From the NCBI GenBank assembly GCA_051532035.1, contig JAOPTW010000016.1:75184-139183 (forward strand): a stretch of DNA of 64,000 bases. The letters run 5' to 3'. The notes under the pieces were generated by a model that saw only the letters and a program-made list of their open reading frames with translations, did no database searches and had not been told where the DNA came from. This DNA comes from Fibrobacterales bacterium. GTDB lineage: Bacteria; Fibrobacterota; Fibrobacteria; Fibrobacterales; JAOPTW01. Of the stretch, positions 50,463 through 60,203 are shown in pieces (position 1 is the stretch's first letter; each line of letters opens with the position of its first letter). A program made the position numbers and the translations under genes.

Positions 50463-51251
50463 CTATTGACTAATAAATTGAATAAGCTGATACTGTTTCA
50501 CATCGATATCATCAAATTGCTCAGTTTGAGCAAGGCTACGCTTCGCTGTTTTAAGATCAAATGATTGTGCTGAGGTGACAATCCAAACAAGTTCAGTTTG
50601 AAAATCATCATTAAGCGTTACCGACCCATTAAACATCTTCTCTTTAATTGAAAAGGATACTTTTACAGCTTGTTCACCTTCTATCACATACGGCTCAATA
50701 GATTTTGAATCATCCTGATAGAGCACCATAAAATAGAAATCCTCTACAGCACGATAGGTAAAACCAATCACATCATCTTTTGAAACCGTAATAGGTTGAG
50801 TGGCATTAACTGCAGCCTTATTTAAGGTCAGAGCGATAGATTCTTGCCCCTTTGCCACAACAATCTTTACCCCGTCAGGGCCATTTTGCAGAGTGACAAC
50901 ACCTACAACGACCGCAACAACCACACAGGTCGCAACAATTCCTTGAACCTGTGGCTGTAACAACCTACTTAACCCTTGTGCGAGCCCAGATAAAAACGAC
51001 GAACTCTCACTTTGCTTAATCGGAGTTTCTACTCTCACAGACTCTTGTTCAACATACGCAGCAATATCTGCAAAAGGAATAGGATTTGAAATGGACGACC
51101 ACTCATCGAGCTCAGTATTAAATTGCGAGTACTCTTTCTTATATTCATCAATAGCAGTAAGAAGTGCCTCTTCTGCCTCACCAGCAATATATTGCTCTAT
51201 CTCTCTATAAGTAAAAGGACGCCCGGGGAGTTTATCAAAATCATTGTACAT
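50463..51251 (-). CDS. Putative single-TM anti-sigma factor (DUF4384-like extracytoplasmic domain)
   Basis: Follows the ECF sigma; IEQY.AGE N-terminus, TM IVATCVVVAVVVGVV, AKG, D.I.F.Y and YFMV motifs. Confidence 0.7.
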   Translation of the reverse strand: MYNDFDKLPGRPFTYREIEQYIAGEAEEALLTAIDEYKKEYSQFNTELDEWSSISNPIPFADIAAYVEQESVRVETPIKQSESSSFLSGLAQGLSRLLQPQVQGIVATCVVVAVVVGVVTLQNGPDGVKIVVAKGQESIALTLNKAAVNATQPITVSKDDVIGFTYRAVEDFYFMVLYQDDSKSIEPYVIEGEQAVKVSFSIKEKMFNGSVTLNDDFQTELVWIVTSAQSFDLKTAKRSLAQTEQFDDIDVKQYQLIQFISQ

Positions 51252-51262
51252 AATTATAGCCT

Positions 51263-51862
51263 CTATAGACGGGAAAACATATTGATTAGACGTCCAACAA
51301 ACCCATTTGGGGATGAAATGGTGAAATAAAGCATCGAAACTGATAATGCAGACAACACCAGCACTGCATTAAATACAACATCTCTATGATCACTGATACT
51401 TTTTTGGAAATTTTTAATTTTTTTAGACACTGATGAGCGGTCTTGTTTGAGTTGATCGGCAATCTCCTGATGAGACAACCCTTCTACAAAAGAAAGAACA
51501 ACAACCTCTTTCAATTCACCACTCAAAGATTTAAATATTTTCTCAAGAGTCATTTTAGCATCAGCCTGTTTACTCGTCATAAAACGAGGATCTTCAAATA
51601 TATCTTCGAGATAATCAACAGAGTCCTCTCGATTTCTTTGACACTTTCGATAATAATCAATACAGTGATTAACCGCAATCTTATGTAGCCAAGTGCCTGG
51701 TTGACTTTGTGAATTAAAAGCATCTATATTTTTATAGGCTTTTAAGAAGATCTCTTGTACGAGATCTTGTACCGTCTCTACCTCACGAGTGTAGCGCAAA
51801 CAGACGCGATACACCAAATTGGAATATTGGTTATATACTGATTCAAATGAGGTATCCAGCAT
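51263..51862 (-). CDS. ECF sigma factor (triad 2) with hydrophobic C-terminal extension
   Basis: QDLVQEIF and TWL.KIAVN.CID..R motifs; EGLS.QEIA HTH. Confidence 0.92.
   Translation of the reverse strand: MLDTSFESVYNQYSNLVYRVCLRYTREVETVQDLVQEIFLKAYKNIDAFNSQSQPGTWLHKIAVNHCIDYYRKCQRNREDSVDYLEDIFEDPRFMTSKQADAKMTLEKIFKSLSGELKEVVVLSFVEGLSHQEIADQLKQDRSSVSKKIKNFQKSISDHRDVVFNAVLVLSALSVSMLYFTISSPNGFVGRLINMFSRL
51285..51313 (-). promoter_or_regulatory. ECF-type promoter, copy 5 (inside the sigma 3' end, upstream of the anti-sigma)
   Basis: TCCCC-N16-CGTCTAAT. Confidence 0.7.
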
Positions 51863-52073
51863 TCTCTCCTACTGCATATGGGTATTTTGAAGAACTACAA
51901 ATGTAGCTGAAATAGTGACATTTTGATAACTACTACTGCATAATTTACATTCAAAAGGAATTCATGTAATTTCCATGTAAACTTCTTTAGGAAATCCTAA
52001 TATAACCCAAATATAGCCTTACTGATTTCAACAAGAATTAATATTTTTACACACTTCTTTGAGAGAGAACCCC

Positions 52074-54380
52074 ATGTATCAAATACTAATTACTTTGTTG
52101 TTCTGTATATTTTCATTCACATCATGTGATGGTAAAATCAGCAATCCCAACTCTGACAACATAAAACCAATTTTAGATGTTAATGGCTATTCATCTATTC
52201 AAAGTGGAAGATTTACAAAACTTGCCAATATTCAAAATCCCAAAATCGCACTTGTATGGCAAGAAATGGATGGAGCAAAAATCAGTCGCTACCCCATCGA
52301 AATCATATCAAATGTCTCTCCTGCCGCACCATTTTCATTTTCAAGTAAGCTTCTAGAAAATCCTCCACTTTACATGAATGACTATCACAATATTTTTGTG
52401 GGAAATTTTTACCTCTATTCAGACAACAATAAAAATCAAACTTTAGACATGTTAGTACATCCAGACTATGAACCATATATTGATTCATTATCAAAACTAA
52501 AACAAGACTTCATTCATGAGAAACAAAAACTATTAGAATTATCTAACATAAATAAGCCAACACCAAGTGGCGAACGTTATTATATAACCAATGAAAGCAA
52601 ACTATTATTTCATACTGAAACCGGCATTGATTCTTCTTGGTTTAAATCACCTCTTTTCAAAGGCATCGAGCCTGGAAAAATTTCACATCGTCGACAGCAA
52701 TTACTTCAATGCTTGAACAAATGGGAATCATTCCTTGGCTCACGAGCAAATATGGTAAGCGTCCAAACAGATACACTTCATCATAAACAACACAATTTAC
52801 AACTTACTCAAAAATATTTAAGAAAATTATTTGCTAAACCAGATAATGATAGCTTATTTCAATCCCAATTAAAAACCACAACCAAAGCTGCACTCGACTA
52901 TTATTCACTTATAATTTGGGTTCGAAATTCTCGCATTAGCACCCAAAAAAATGAGTACATATACACTCCTGCATATTCCAATGATTGGATTGCCGGAATG
53001 TCAATATGGAATTATGTTTTCTATTTATATGATGAAAACGATTTAAATGAAATCATTAGTATAAATCAATATGTAACTTCAATAGGGAAAACACTTATTT
53101 CAAACCCTCAAGACCTTTCAATCGGTTACAATGTTCTTGAATGTAATATTGAGTATAACTGCAAAATACTTTCGTCTCTAGACTCTGTAAAAATTGAATT
53201 GGGAGATGAAGCCTGCTACATAGAAGGTTGCCAACGTGACCTTGAAGTTCTTTCTAGTAGAACCAAAATACAATTACCTGATTCTCTCCTGCAAATGTAT
53301 CAAGGTCATTATAAAACACCTGATTCAACTAATCAATTACATGTGACATTTTCACATGGCTCACTCTGGGTAAAAAACAATCAAAACAATGTTTTTAAGA
53401 TAAGCGCAGCAACGAAGACCATATTTTTCAACAGTATTTATAATACTGAAATTGAATTTGTAATTGACTCAACCTCAAATAGCCTCATCTCACATAATAA
53501 CAATTCTTTCATTCAAATGCAGAAGTTTACGAGCCCATTTGATTCATTAAACATAGACAGCATTATTTCATCCATCCTCTTTCCTAAAACAGTAGAAATT
53601 AAGCCTCTTACCCTAGAACAATACAGTGGCCTATATGTGCTATCTAAAACATCAAATCTTACCATTGTTCCAGACAATGATCATCTTATAGTATCATTTC
53701 CTGGAATAGGTTTTTACAAGATGTATCCAATCTCTCAAGATACATTTGTACACAAGGAAAGCTTATTACAAATAGTTTTTCACAAGAATGAAAAAGGGAC
53801 TATTACAGAACTAAGCTATGAATCCAGTCACCAAAATTTTATTGCACCAGCGTATGAGTATAGCCCAAGAAATGCATCATATTTCAATTATGATTTAAAT
53901 CAATTCACACCTATTGTAACATCTGGCCATGGTTCCCAATTAATTGTAAGCGACATTTTAGAAGATTCATATAATTGCTTAACTGACTTAGCTGCCATTT
54001 CATCAAAAGATAATGGCCTAAGTAGTCTTACCCCATATACCCCAAGCTACTATTATTTTGGTCAACAACTCAACCCCCTGATTTTTGAAATATCCGATTC
54101 ACTTTCCCAAATAAACCTATCTATTCACGCCTGCCCCAACCAAGCAACAGACAGCACACAACTTCGATTATCTATTACAGGCGGAAACTCTATTGGTTCA
54201 CTAAATACGTTTATTCAAGACCCACATACCGTTACATTTCACAAAGAAGGAACTACCATTTCCATTAACCCGATCCAAATTCCTAAAAAGCTACCTTACT
54301 TTATACAAGTCATCTTTTCCCCATTATACAGTACTGAAGCAGAAATTGTAATTGACTCCTACCAAGTTCAAGGTTATTAG
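52074..54380 (+). CDS. Large hypothetical lipoprotein with two DUF3471-like segments
   Basis: Lipobox FTSC; DNNKNQTLD Ca-loop-like motif; two L..Y.G.Y repeats. Confidence 0.7.
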   Translation: MYQILITLLFCIFSFTSCDGKISNPNSDNIKPILDVNGYSSIQSGRFTKLANIQNPKIALVWQEMDGAKISRYPIEIISNVSPAAPFSFSSKLLENPPLYMNDYHNIFVGNFYLYSDNNKNQTLDMLVHPDYEPYIDSLSKLKQDFIHEKQKLLELSNINKPTPSGERYYITNESKLLFHTETGIDSSWFKSPLFKGIEPGKISHRRQQLLQCLNKWESFLGSRANMVSVQTDTLHHKQHNLQLTQKYLRKLFAKPDNDSLFQSQLKTTTKAALDYYSLIIWVRNSRISTQKNEYIYTPAYSNDWIAGMSIWNYVFYLYDENDLNEIISINQYVTSIGKTLISNPQDLSIGYNVLECNIEYNCKILSSLDSVKIELGDEACYIEGCQRDLEVLSSRTKIQLPDSLLQMYQGHYKTPDSTNQLHVTFSHGSLWVKNNQNNVFKISAATKTIFFNSIYNTEIEFVIDSTSNSLISHNNNSFIQMQKFTSPFDSLNIDSIISSILFPKTVEIKPLTLEQYSGLYVLSKTSNLTIVPDNDHLIVSFPGIGFYKMYPISQDTFVHKESLLQIVFHKNEKGTITELSYESSHQNFIAPAYEYSPRNASYFNYDLNQFTPIVTSGHGSQLIVSDILEDSYNCLTDLAAISSKDNGLSSLTPYTPSYYYFGQQLNPLIFEISDSLSQINLSIHACPNQATDSTQLRLSITGGNSIGSLNTFIQDPHTVTFHKEGTTISINPIQIPKKLPYFIQVIFSPLYSTEAEIVIDSYQVQGY

Positions 54381-54408
54381 CTTGATTTAATTAAACAAGC
54401 TCCCTCGC

Positions 54409-55200
54409 CTAATAACAAACAGACACCCCTATTCCCCCACCATGGATCACCTCATTTCCCGCAGAAAAGTTCCGATATTCGGCTTTAACTGCAAAGTGCC
54501 CCCTGCGAACATACAACCCTACACTCTGATCATAAGTGCTCTGTACCCCAAAGCTATGCAAAATAGGCCGATAAAATGCCACAACATTTTCAGAGAGCGC
54601 CAAATGAATAGGGAAAGTACCATGCCCTCCTGCTGTATTATTATTACCGACCAATTCCGAGTATCCACCGCCAAGCCCCACTGTAAAGCGCGACCCTAAA
54701 GACATTCGATAGATAAACGAAGTTGCATGTAAAGTCATGTGGTCATCGAATGCTGGCTCATAGAAGTAGCTGTTAGTATATTGCATAGCCACAGGCCCAT
54801 ACCCGACTTCCGCCCGAACACTACTTCCGTACATTCTTTTTTTGAATAATAACCCACTGACTTCGAACTGAAAATTTGGAAGGAGTAATTCTCCTTTTTC
54901 TCTCGTTTTAACACGCTCAAATTCCCAACCCTCCACGTCGGTGTCCACCCCCTCCCGATCAAGACTCATTGCCCCAGGGAGTATAACAATCAATTTAAAA
55001 AGCTCACCAAATACCGCCCCGAAAACTTCACCGAGAACACTTCCATCGTCCGAATCACTCTCATAAGGTGATTCACGACCCTCATCTCCCCTTCCTCGCT
55101 TATCCGTCGCTTCAGTTTCGAATGCATCCAAGCTCCCTGCAGAACCAGCCCCAACCATGCAACACACAACTAAAACCAAAATACTCTGTATAGATCTCAT
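54409..55200 (-). CDS. Hypothetical exported, probable outer-membrane beta-barrel protein
   Basis: Signal peptide; alternating beta strands; ends GIGVSVCY. Confidence 0.65.
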   Translation of the reverse strand: MRSIQSILVLVVCCMVGAGSAGSLDAFETEATDKRGRGDEGRESPYESDSDDGSVLGEVFGAVFGELFKLIVILPGAMSLDREGVDTDVEGWEFERVKTREKGELLLPNFQFEVSGLLFKKRMYGSSVRAEVGYGPVAMQYTNSYFYEPAFDDHMTLHATSFIYRMSLGSRFTVGLGGGYSELVGNNNTAGGHGTFPIHLALSENVVAFYRPILHSFGVQSTYDQSVGLYVRRGHFAVKAEYRNFSAGNEVIHGGGIGVSVCY

Positions 55201-55433
55201 TATATACCTACCCTATATTATCTCCTTATATAACGACACGCCAACACCTCAAGTAACCTCTAGCAAAACAAAGCACAATACTTTACCAAATCGTGACAAA
55301 ACAGCTCAATAAACACTCATTCCCAACAAATGAGAGCGCTTTCCCATACAAATCAACACTTTCGGCCCTTCCTCACTTGACTCTCTACCTCGCAAAATCA
55401 ATATTTAAGGTATAGACACTTGGAGACCACACA

Positions 55434-56084
55434 ATGACTAAAAAATCATCTGTTATTTTATTGAGCACATCCCTATTACTCATCGCCTGCTCTGGCTTTT
55501 TAAACGATGATGATTCAAGTACCCCTGATACAAAAGTTGAAGCGAAGGCTGCATTTGAACAACAAGACTATCCTACTGCGATTCAGCAATATAACAATGC
55601 GTACACCGTTGATTCAACTGACAAAGAAGCATACATAGGCCTTATAGAGTCATACGTAGAACAAGTAAACCCCGACTCTCTTATTGATACTCTGAGCTCA
55701 ATGTTAACACAAGAAACACCTAACCCTGTTCAGGCCGTCGCACTGTATTACCAAATAAAAGGCTCTGGACTTTTTGACTCTCTTGCAACACTCGAGGGAC
55801 TCACGACAAACTCACCAGCCTTTGACTCTCTCACCGTTGAAGAACGCGCCAACATTGAAGCCATCCGAATAGCTGCAGCATCAGCTGGCGCGGCAGACCA
55901 AATCATCACTGAGGTTATGAATAACGATGAACTCATGAGCAAAGTACTCAGCGGTAATATTGACGAAACGTTTATTTTTGAACTCATCGATAGCCAAGAC
56001 ACATCTCTTGTTGAATCATTCATGGAGCTATTCCAAGACTCCACTCTTTCAATACCTGGAATACCCGAGCTCACTGCCCCATAA
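55434..56084 (+). CDS. Hypothetical lipoprotein with a TPR-like motif
   Basis: Lipobox LIAC; A..AF...DY..AI..Y..A...D....AY.GL motif. Confidence 0.7.
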   Translation: MTKKSSVILLSTSLLLIACSGFLNDDDSSTPDTKVEAKAAFEQQDYPTAIQQYNNAYTVDSTDKEAYIGLIESYVEQVNPDSLIDTLSSMLTQETPNPVQAVALYYQIKGSGLFDSLATLEGLTTNSPAFDSLTVEERANIEAIRIAAASAGAADQIITEVMNNDELMSKVLSGNIDETFIFELIDSQDTSLVESFMELFQDSTLSIPGIPELTAP

Positions 56085-56388
56085 CAAGCACAATGTAAGC
56101 TTTATATCTCCATCATCGATTAGGTATATCGAACCCATACAGGAATAAGTACATACAAAACAGGGCTGCCACATTGCGACAGCCCCATTTTGTTAGGAGA
56201 TATATGAAAAATTTTCTCGAAACCCCTCTCTTTCCCCCTAAAGGATACAATACACAACAGAGAAAGAGAGGAAGTTTATCATCAAGAGTACAAACTCAGG
56301 ATGGCTTGAACAAAGGGCCTGCCAGGGCTCCCTCTATTCATGCACACCCTTCAGAGTTTAAGGGCTATTGACACCCTATAGGACAACC

Positions 56389-57234
56389 CTACGCTACCCC
56401 AAGGAGTAATTCACGCTCAATTCCCATCTCACGAAGATGAGAGAGAGCCGAGTCTTTAATTTGACGTACACGTTCTTTACTCAGACCAATCATTGAACCA
56501 ATGTCTTTCAGATTCAAATTATCTTGTTCGTTAATACCAAAGTAAAGAGAGATTACCGTACGTTCTTTTTCATTTAATTTCTTAATAAACTGATCCATAT
56601 AGGTGCGCTGTGAATTTTCCATAGCGTCCTCTTCCGGAGTTGCATCCAAACTACGAGAAATATCCATTAACGAACTGCCATCTTCAGTAATAGGCGTATC
56701 AAGTGATGCATGCCACTGACCCATACTTAATACTTGTGCTGCTCTTTCACCTTTATAGGTATGGTCGGGAACCATGTCTTCAGTATCAATTACCATATGA
56801 CCACCGATCACCTGTTTCATTTTACGAGCATTCTTGCTAATTCTTTTATAAGCAAGCTCTTTCTCTGCAGAAATACGCACCATCCGTGATTTCTCGCTCA
56901 GCGCTCTCAGCATTGATTGACGAATCCACCAGACTGCATACGAGATAAATTTCACATTTCTCCCGAGGTCAAACCGACCAGCAGATTCTATAAGTCCGAT
57001 ATTACCTTCATTAATCAACTCCACAATCGACATACCCTGATTACGGTATACCATTGCAACATTTACTACAAATCTCAAGTTAGACAGAACTAATTTGCGT
57101 TCTGCACGTTTATCACCAGCAAGCGTTTTTTTAATTAGAATAGTTTCCTCGTCACGCTCTAACAGAGGGAATTTACGAATATCGTTCAAGTATTGATTTA
57201 AAAGCTGGTCATCATTTAAAAATTTCTTGGCCAT
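56389..57234 (-). CDS. Sigma-70 family factor (RpoD/RpoS-like, lacking region 1.1)
   Basis: YL..I...PLL, NLRFVV.VA, ELI.EGN.GL, KFISYAVWWIRQ and SKERVRQI motifs. Confidence 0.92.
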   Translation of the reverse strand: MAKKFLNDDQLLNQYLNDIRKFPLLERDEETILIKKTLAGDKRAERKLVLSNLRFVVNVAMVYRNQGMSIVELINEGNIGLIESAGRFDLGRNVKFISYAVWWIRQSMLRALSEKSRMVRISAEKELAYKRISKNARKMKQVIGGHMVIDTEDMVPDHTYKGERAAQVLSMGQWHASLDTPITEDGSSLMDISRSLDATPEEDAMENSQRTYMDQFIKKLNEKERTVISLYFGINEQDNLNLKDIGSMIGLSKERVRQIKDSALSHLREMGIERELLLGVA

Positions 57235-57585
57235 GGTATGGCTCCTTTAATCATCATTACATAAGGTAAGATACCAATAAACCCAAAGGCGATTGTCACA
57301 GGGAGGTCATACAAATGTTAAAGATTGGTGTGATTTGTGCAAAATGAGACTATTTCACGTATATGACCTAAAATACAAGGTTTTTCAAGGGCAGGCCACC
57401 AATTAGAAGACTTTTTGTCACTCCAAATATTTTTTTTGTGATCTTGTTGTGACATTTCTCTACCAAATTGAAAAATGAGCCCGAAATGGTTACATTTCCA
57501 CAGCCTCCGCTGTTCATTTCTACCACACCACTGGTAATACGACGGAGCAACTGTACTGTAAAAACGAACCCTGCACAGGAAGACT

Positions 57586-59937
57586 ATGAACTACATCGCA
57601 CTAATTGCAACCGAACTTAATATCAGCGAAAAACAGGTTGGCATCGCCACCTCACTCTTTGCCGAAGGCGCCACTGTACCCTTTATTGCACGGTACCGAA
57701 AAGACATGACTGGATCACTTGACGAGACCCAACTCAGAGACATTCAACATAAAAGTGAATACTATAAAGAGCTCGACGAACGCAAAGTAACTATTATCAA
57801 GAGCATTGAAGAACAAGGGAAAATGACTCCCGCTCTTAAAAAACAAATTGAAGCATGTATGGAAAAAGTTCGCCTCGAAGATATTTATCTTCCATACAAA
57901 CCTAAAAGAAGAACTCGTGCCACTATTGCGAAAGACCTTGGTCTTGAACCACTTGCACGTATCATTGAAACGCAAGATACTACAGGTACTGACGACATTG
58001 AAGTCATTGCACGCATCTACTTAAGCGAAGAGAAAGGATTAACCGATCCTAAAAAAGCAATCGCGGGTGCACTTGATATTCTTGCAGAAGAAGTTGCTGA
58101 AAATGCTGAGTACCGTCAATACCTTCGTCAACATGGCGAAGAGAAAGGACAACTCACTTCTGAAGTACGAAAAGAGTTTAAAGACAAGAAAACAAAATTT
58201 GATAGCTACTATGAATTTGCAGAATCAATGGCAAAAATGCCTTCGCACCGTGTACTTGCAGTACGCCGTGGCGAAAAAGAAAAGGTACTCAAAGTAGGCA
58301 TTCAAGTTGATGATGAACTTATGATCAGCTACCTTAAAGGTAAAGTGGTAACTGGTAACAGCCCATGGAAAAAACATCTCGAATCAATGACCGAAGATTC
58401 ATATAACCGCCTCATGAAAACATCTATGGAAACCGAGCTTCGCCTTTTTGTTAAAAAGATTGCAGAAGAAGAAGCGCTTAAAGTGTTTAGCAAAAACCTT
58501 CGCGATGTACTCCTTGCACCTCCAGCAGGTCAGAAATCGGTACTTGCACTTGACCCAGGATTTAAATCGGGTGTTAAAGTAGCGATACTTGATGCAACAG
58601 GTAAATATATCATGAACGATATTATCTACCCTCACCCTCCACAATCCAAAGTCCCTGAAGCAATGGCAAAAATCCGTAACATTATCATTGAGCATAAATG
58701 TGATATGATTGCTATTGGTAACGGTACCGCTTCTCGTGAGACTGATGCATTTGTTGCAAAAGTTCTTTCACACATGGATGTTGCTGACCGCCCAATCAAA
58801 GTAGTCGTAAATGAATCTGGCGCATCAGTATACTCTGCATCTGTTGAAGCTATCAGAGAATACCCGAACGAAGATGTTACTACTCGTGGTACTATCTCTA
58901 TCGGGCGCCGCCTTCAAGACCCTCTTGCAGAGCTTGTAAAAGTTGACCCAAAAGCTATTGGCGTTGGACAGTATCAGCACGACGTAAACCAAACTCAACT
59001 TAAAAAGCGCCTTGACGAAGTCGTTGAATCATGTGTGAACACTGTTGGTGTAAACCTCAACACTGCATCAGACTCTCTACTCAGTTATGTTGCAGGTATT
59101 TCAAAAACTCTTGCACAAGGCATAGTTAAATACCGCGATGCGAAAGGTATGTTTACATCTCGCGAAGCGATTCTTGATGTACCAAAATTTGGTCCTAAAG
59201 TATTTGAGCAATCAGCAGGATTCTTACGTATTACTGATGCAGCGAACCCACTTGATGGCTCTGCAGTTCACCCAGAGAATTACGCTCTTGTTGGGAGCAT
59301 CGCTCAAGACCTCGGTATTGAAGTAAAAGACCTTGTAGGAAACGAAGAGCAAGCAAAGGCTGTCTCTAAAGACAAATACATCAGCGATGACGTTGGAGTA
59401 CACACTCTTGAAGATATTCTTTCAGAGCTTGAAAAACCAAACCGTGACCCACGTAAAAAATTCACCTACGCTAAATTCAACGAAAAGTTCCAAAACATTC
59501 AGGATCTCGTTACTGGATCACTTGTAGAAGGTGTTGCAACAAACGTCACTAACTTTGGTGCATTCATTGATATCGGTGTTCACCAAGATGGGCTCCTACA
59601 CGTATCAGAAATGTCAGAGACTTTTGTTGAAGATGCTAAAACAGTACTTTCTGTAGGTGACATCGTAAAAGTATACGTCATGGCAGTTGATGTTGAGCAG
59701 AAACGCATCTCTCTCACTATGAAACAGTCGAGTATGGATCCTGCAGCTGCTAAACGTGGCCCCGGTAAAAAAGGCGCCAAAGGTGGCGGAGCTGGCAAGA
59801 AAGGCGCCCCACAACAAGGACATGCAACCATTGCTGATCTAAAACAAAAACTCAAAGGCAAATCAAGCGGCCCGCAAAAACAACAAGCGGTTAAGCCAAA
59901 GATTTCTCTTAAATCTGTAATGAGAGGCGGCCGCTAA
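57586..59937 (+). CDS. tex: Transcription accessory protein Tex
   Basis: GATVPFIARYRK, LEDIYLPYK.KR, DPG, IGNGTASRET, IGVGQYQHD and S1 domain motifs. Confidence 0.95.
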   Translation: MNYIALIATELNISEKQVGIATSLFAEGATVPFIARYRKDMTGSLDETQLRDIQHKSEYYKELDERKVTIIKSIEEQGKMTPALKKQIEACMEKVRLEDIYLPYKPKRRTRATIAKDLGLEPLARIIETQDTTGTDDIEVIARIYLSEEKGLTDPKKAIAGALDILAEEVAENAEYRQYLRQHGEEKGQLTSEVRKEFKDKKTKFDSYYEFAESMAKMPSHRVLAVRRGEKEKVLKVGIQVDDELMISYLKGKVVTGNSPWKKHLESMTEDSYNRLMKTSMETELRLFVKKIAEEEALKVFSKNLRDVLLAPPAGQKSVLALDPGFKSGVKVAILDATGKYIMNDIIYPHPPQSKVPEAMAKIRNIIIEHKCDMIAIGNGTASRETDAFVAKVLSHMDVADRPIKVVVNESGASVYSASVEAIREYPNEDVTTRGTISIGRRLQDPLAELVKVDPKAIGVGQYQHDVNQTQLKKRLDEVVESCVNTVGVNLNTASDSLLSYVAGISKTLAQGIVKYRDAKGMFTSREAILDVPKFGPKVFEQSAGFLRITDAANPLDGSAVHPENYALVGSIAQDLGIEVKDLVGNEEQAKAVSKDKYISDDVGVHTLEDILSELEKPNRDPRKKFTYAKFNEKFQNIQDLVTGSLVEGVATNVTNFGAFIDIGVHQDGLLHVSEMSETFVEDAKTVLSVGDIVKVYVMAVDVEQKRISLTMKQSSMDPAAAKRGPGKKGAKGGGAGKKGAPQQGHATIADLKQKLKGKSSGPQKQQAVKPKISLKSVMRGGR

Positions 59938-59965
59938 AAGCCACTCCTTCATTTCAATAAGAATT

Positions 59966-60005
59966 ATAGCCACCATTCACACAATGGTGGCTATTTCTTT
60001 TTTTG
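59966..60005 (+). terminator. Intrinsic terminator of tex
   Basis: ATAGCCACCATT / AATGGTGGCTAT stem plus T-run. Confidence 0.8.
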
Positions 60006-60106
60006 CCCCAACTCCATCCCTGTGCCCTTTTTTTGAATTGATATAATTATTTTAGCCCACCACCCCTTGTAATTATTATTATATTACCTATTATTGTTTG
60101 CCTTAT

Positions 60107-60180
<74 letters not shown>

Positions 60181-60203
60181 TATTTTTTCCCCTGAGGGAC
60201 ACT

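Noticed and set aside
35500..54400. Prophage, ICE or IS origin for the island
   Set aside because: No integrase, transposase or phage structural gene, and no clear att repeats; the tRNA-Met is not at the boundary.
59730..59937. Gly/Lys-rich tail of Tex
   Set aside because: Low-complexity extension, with no evidence of a distinct function.
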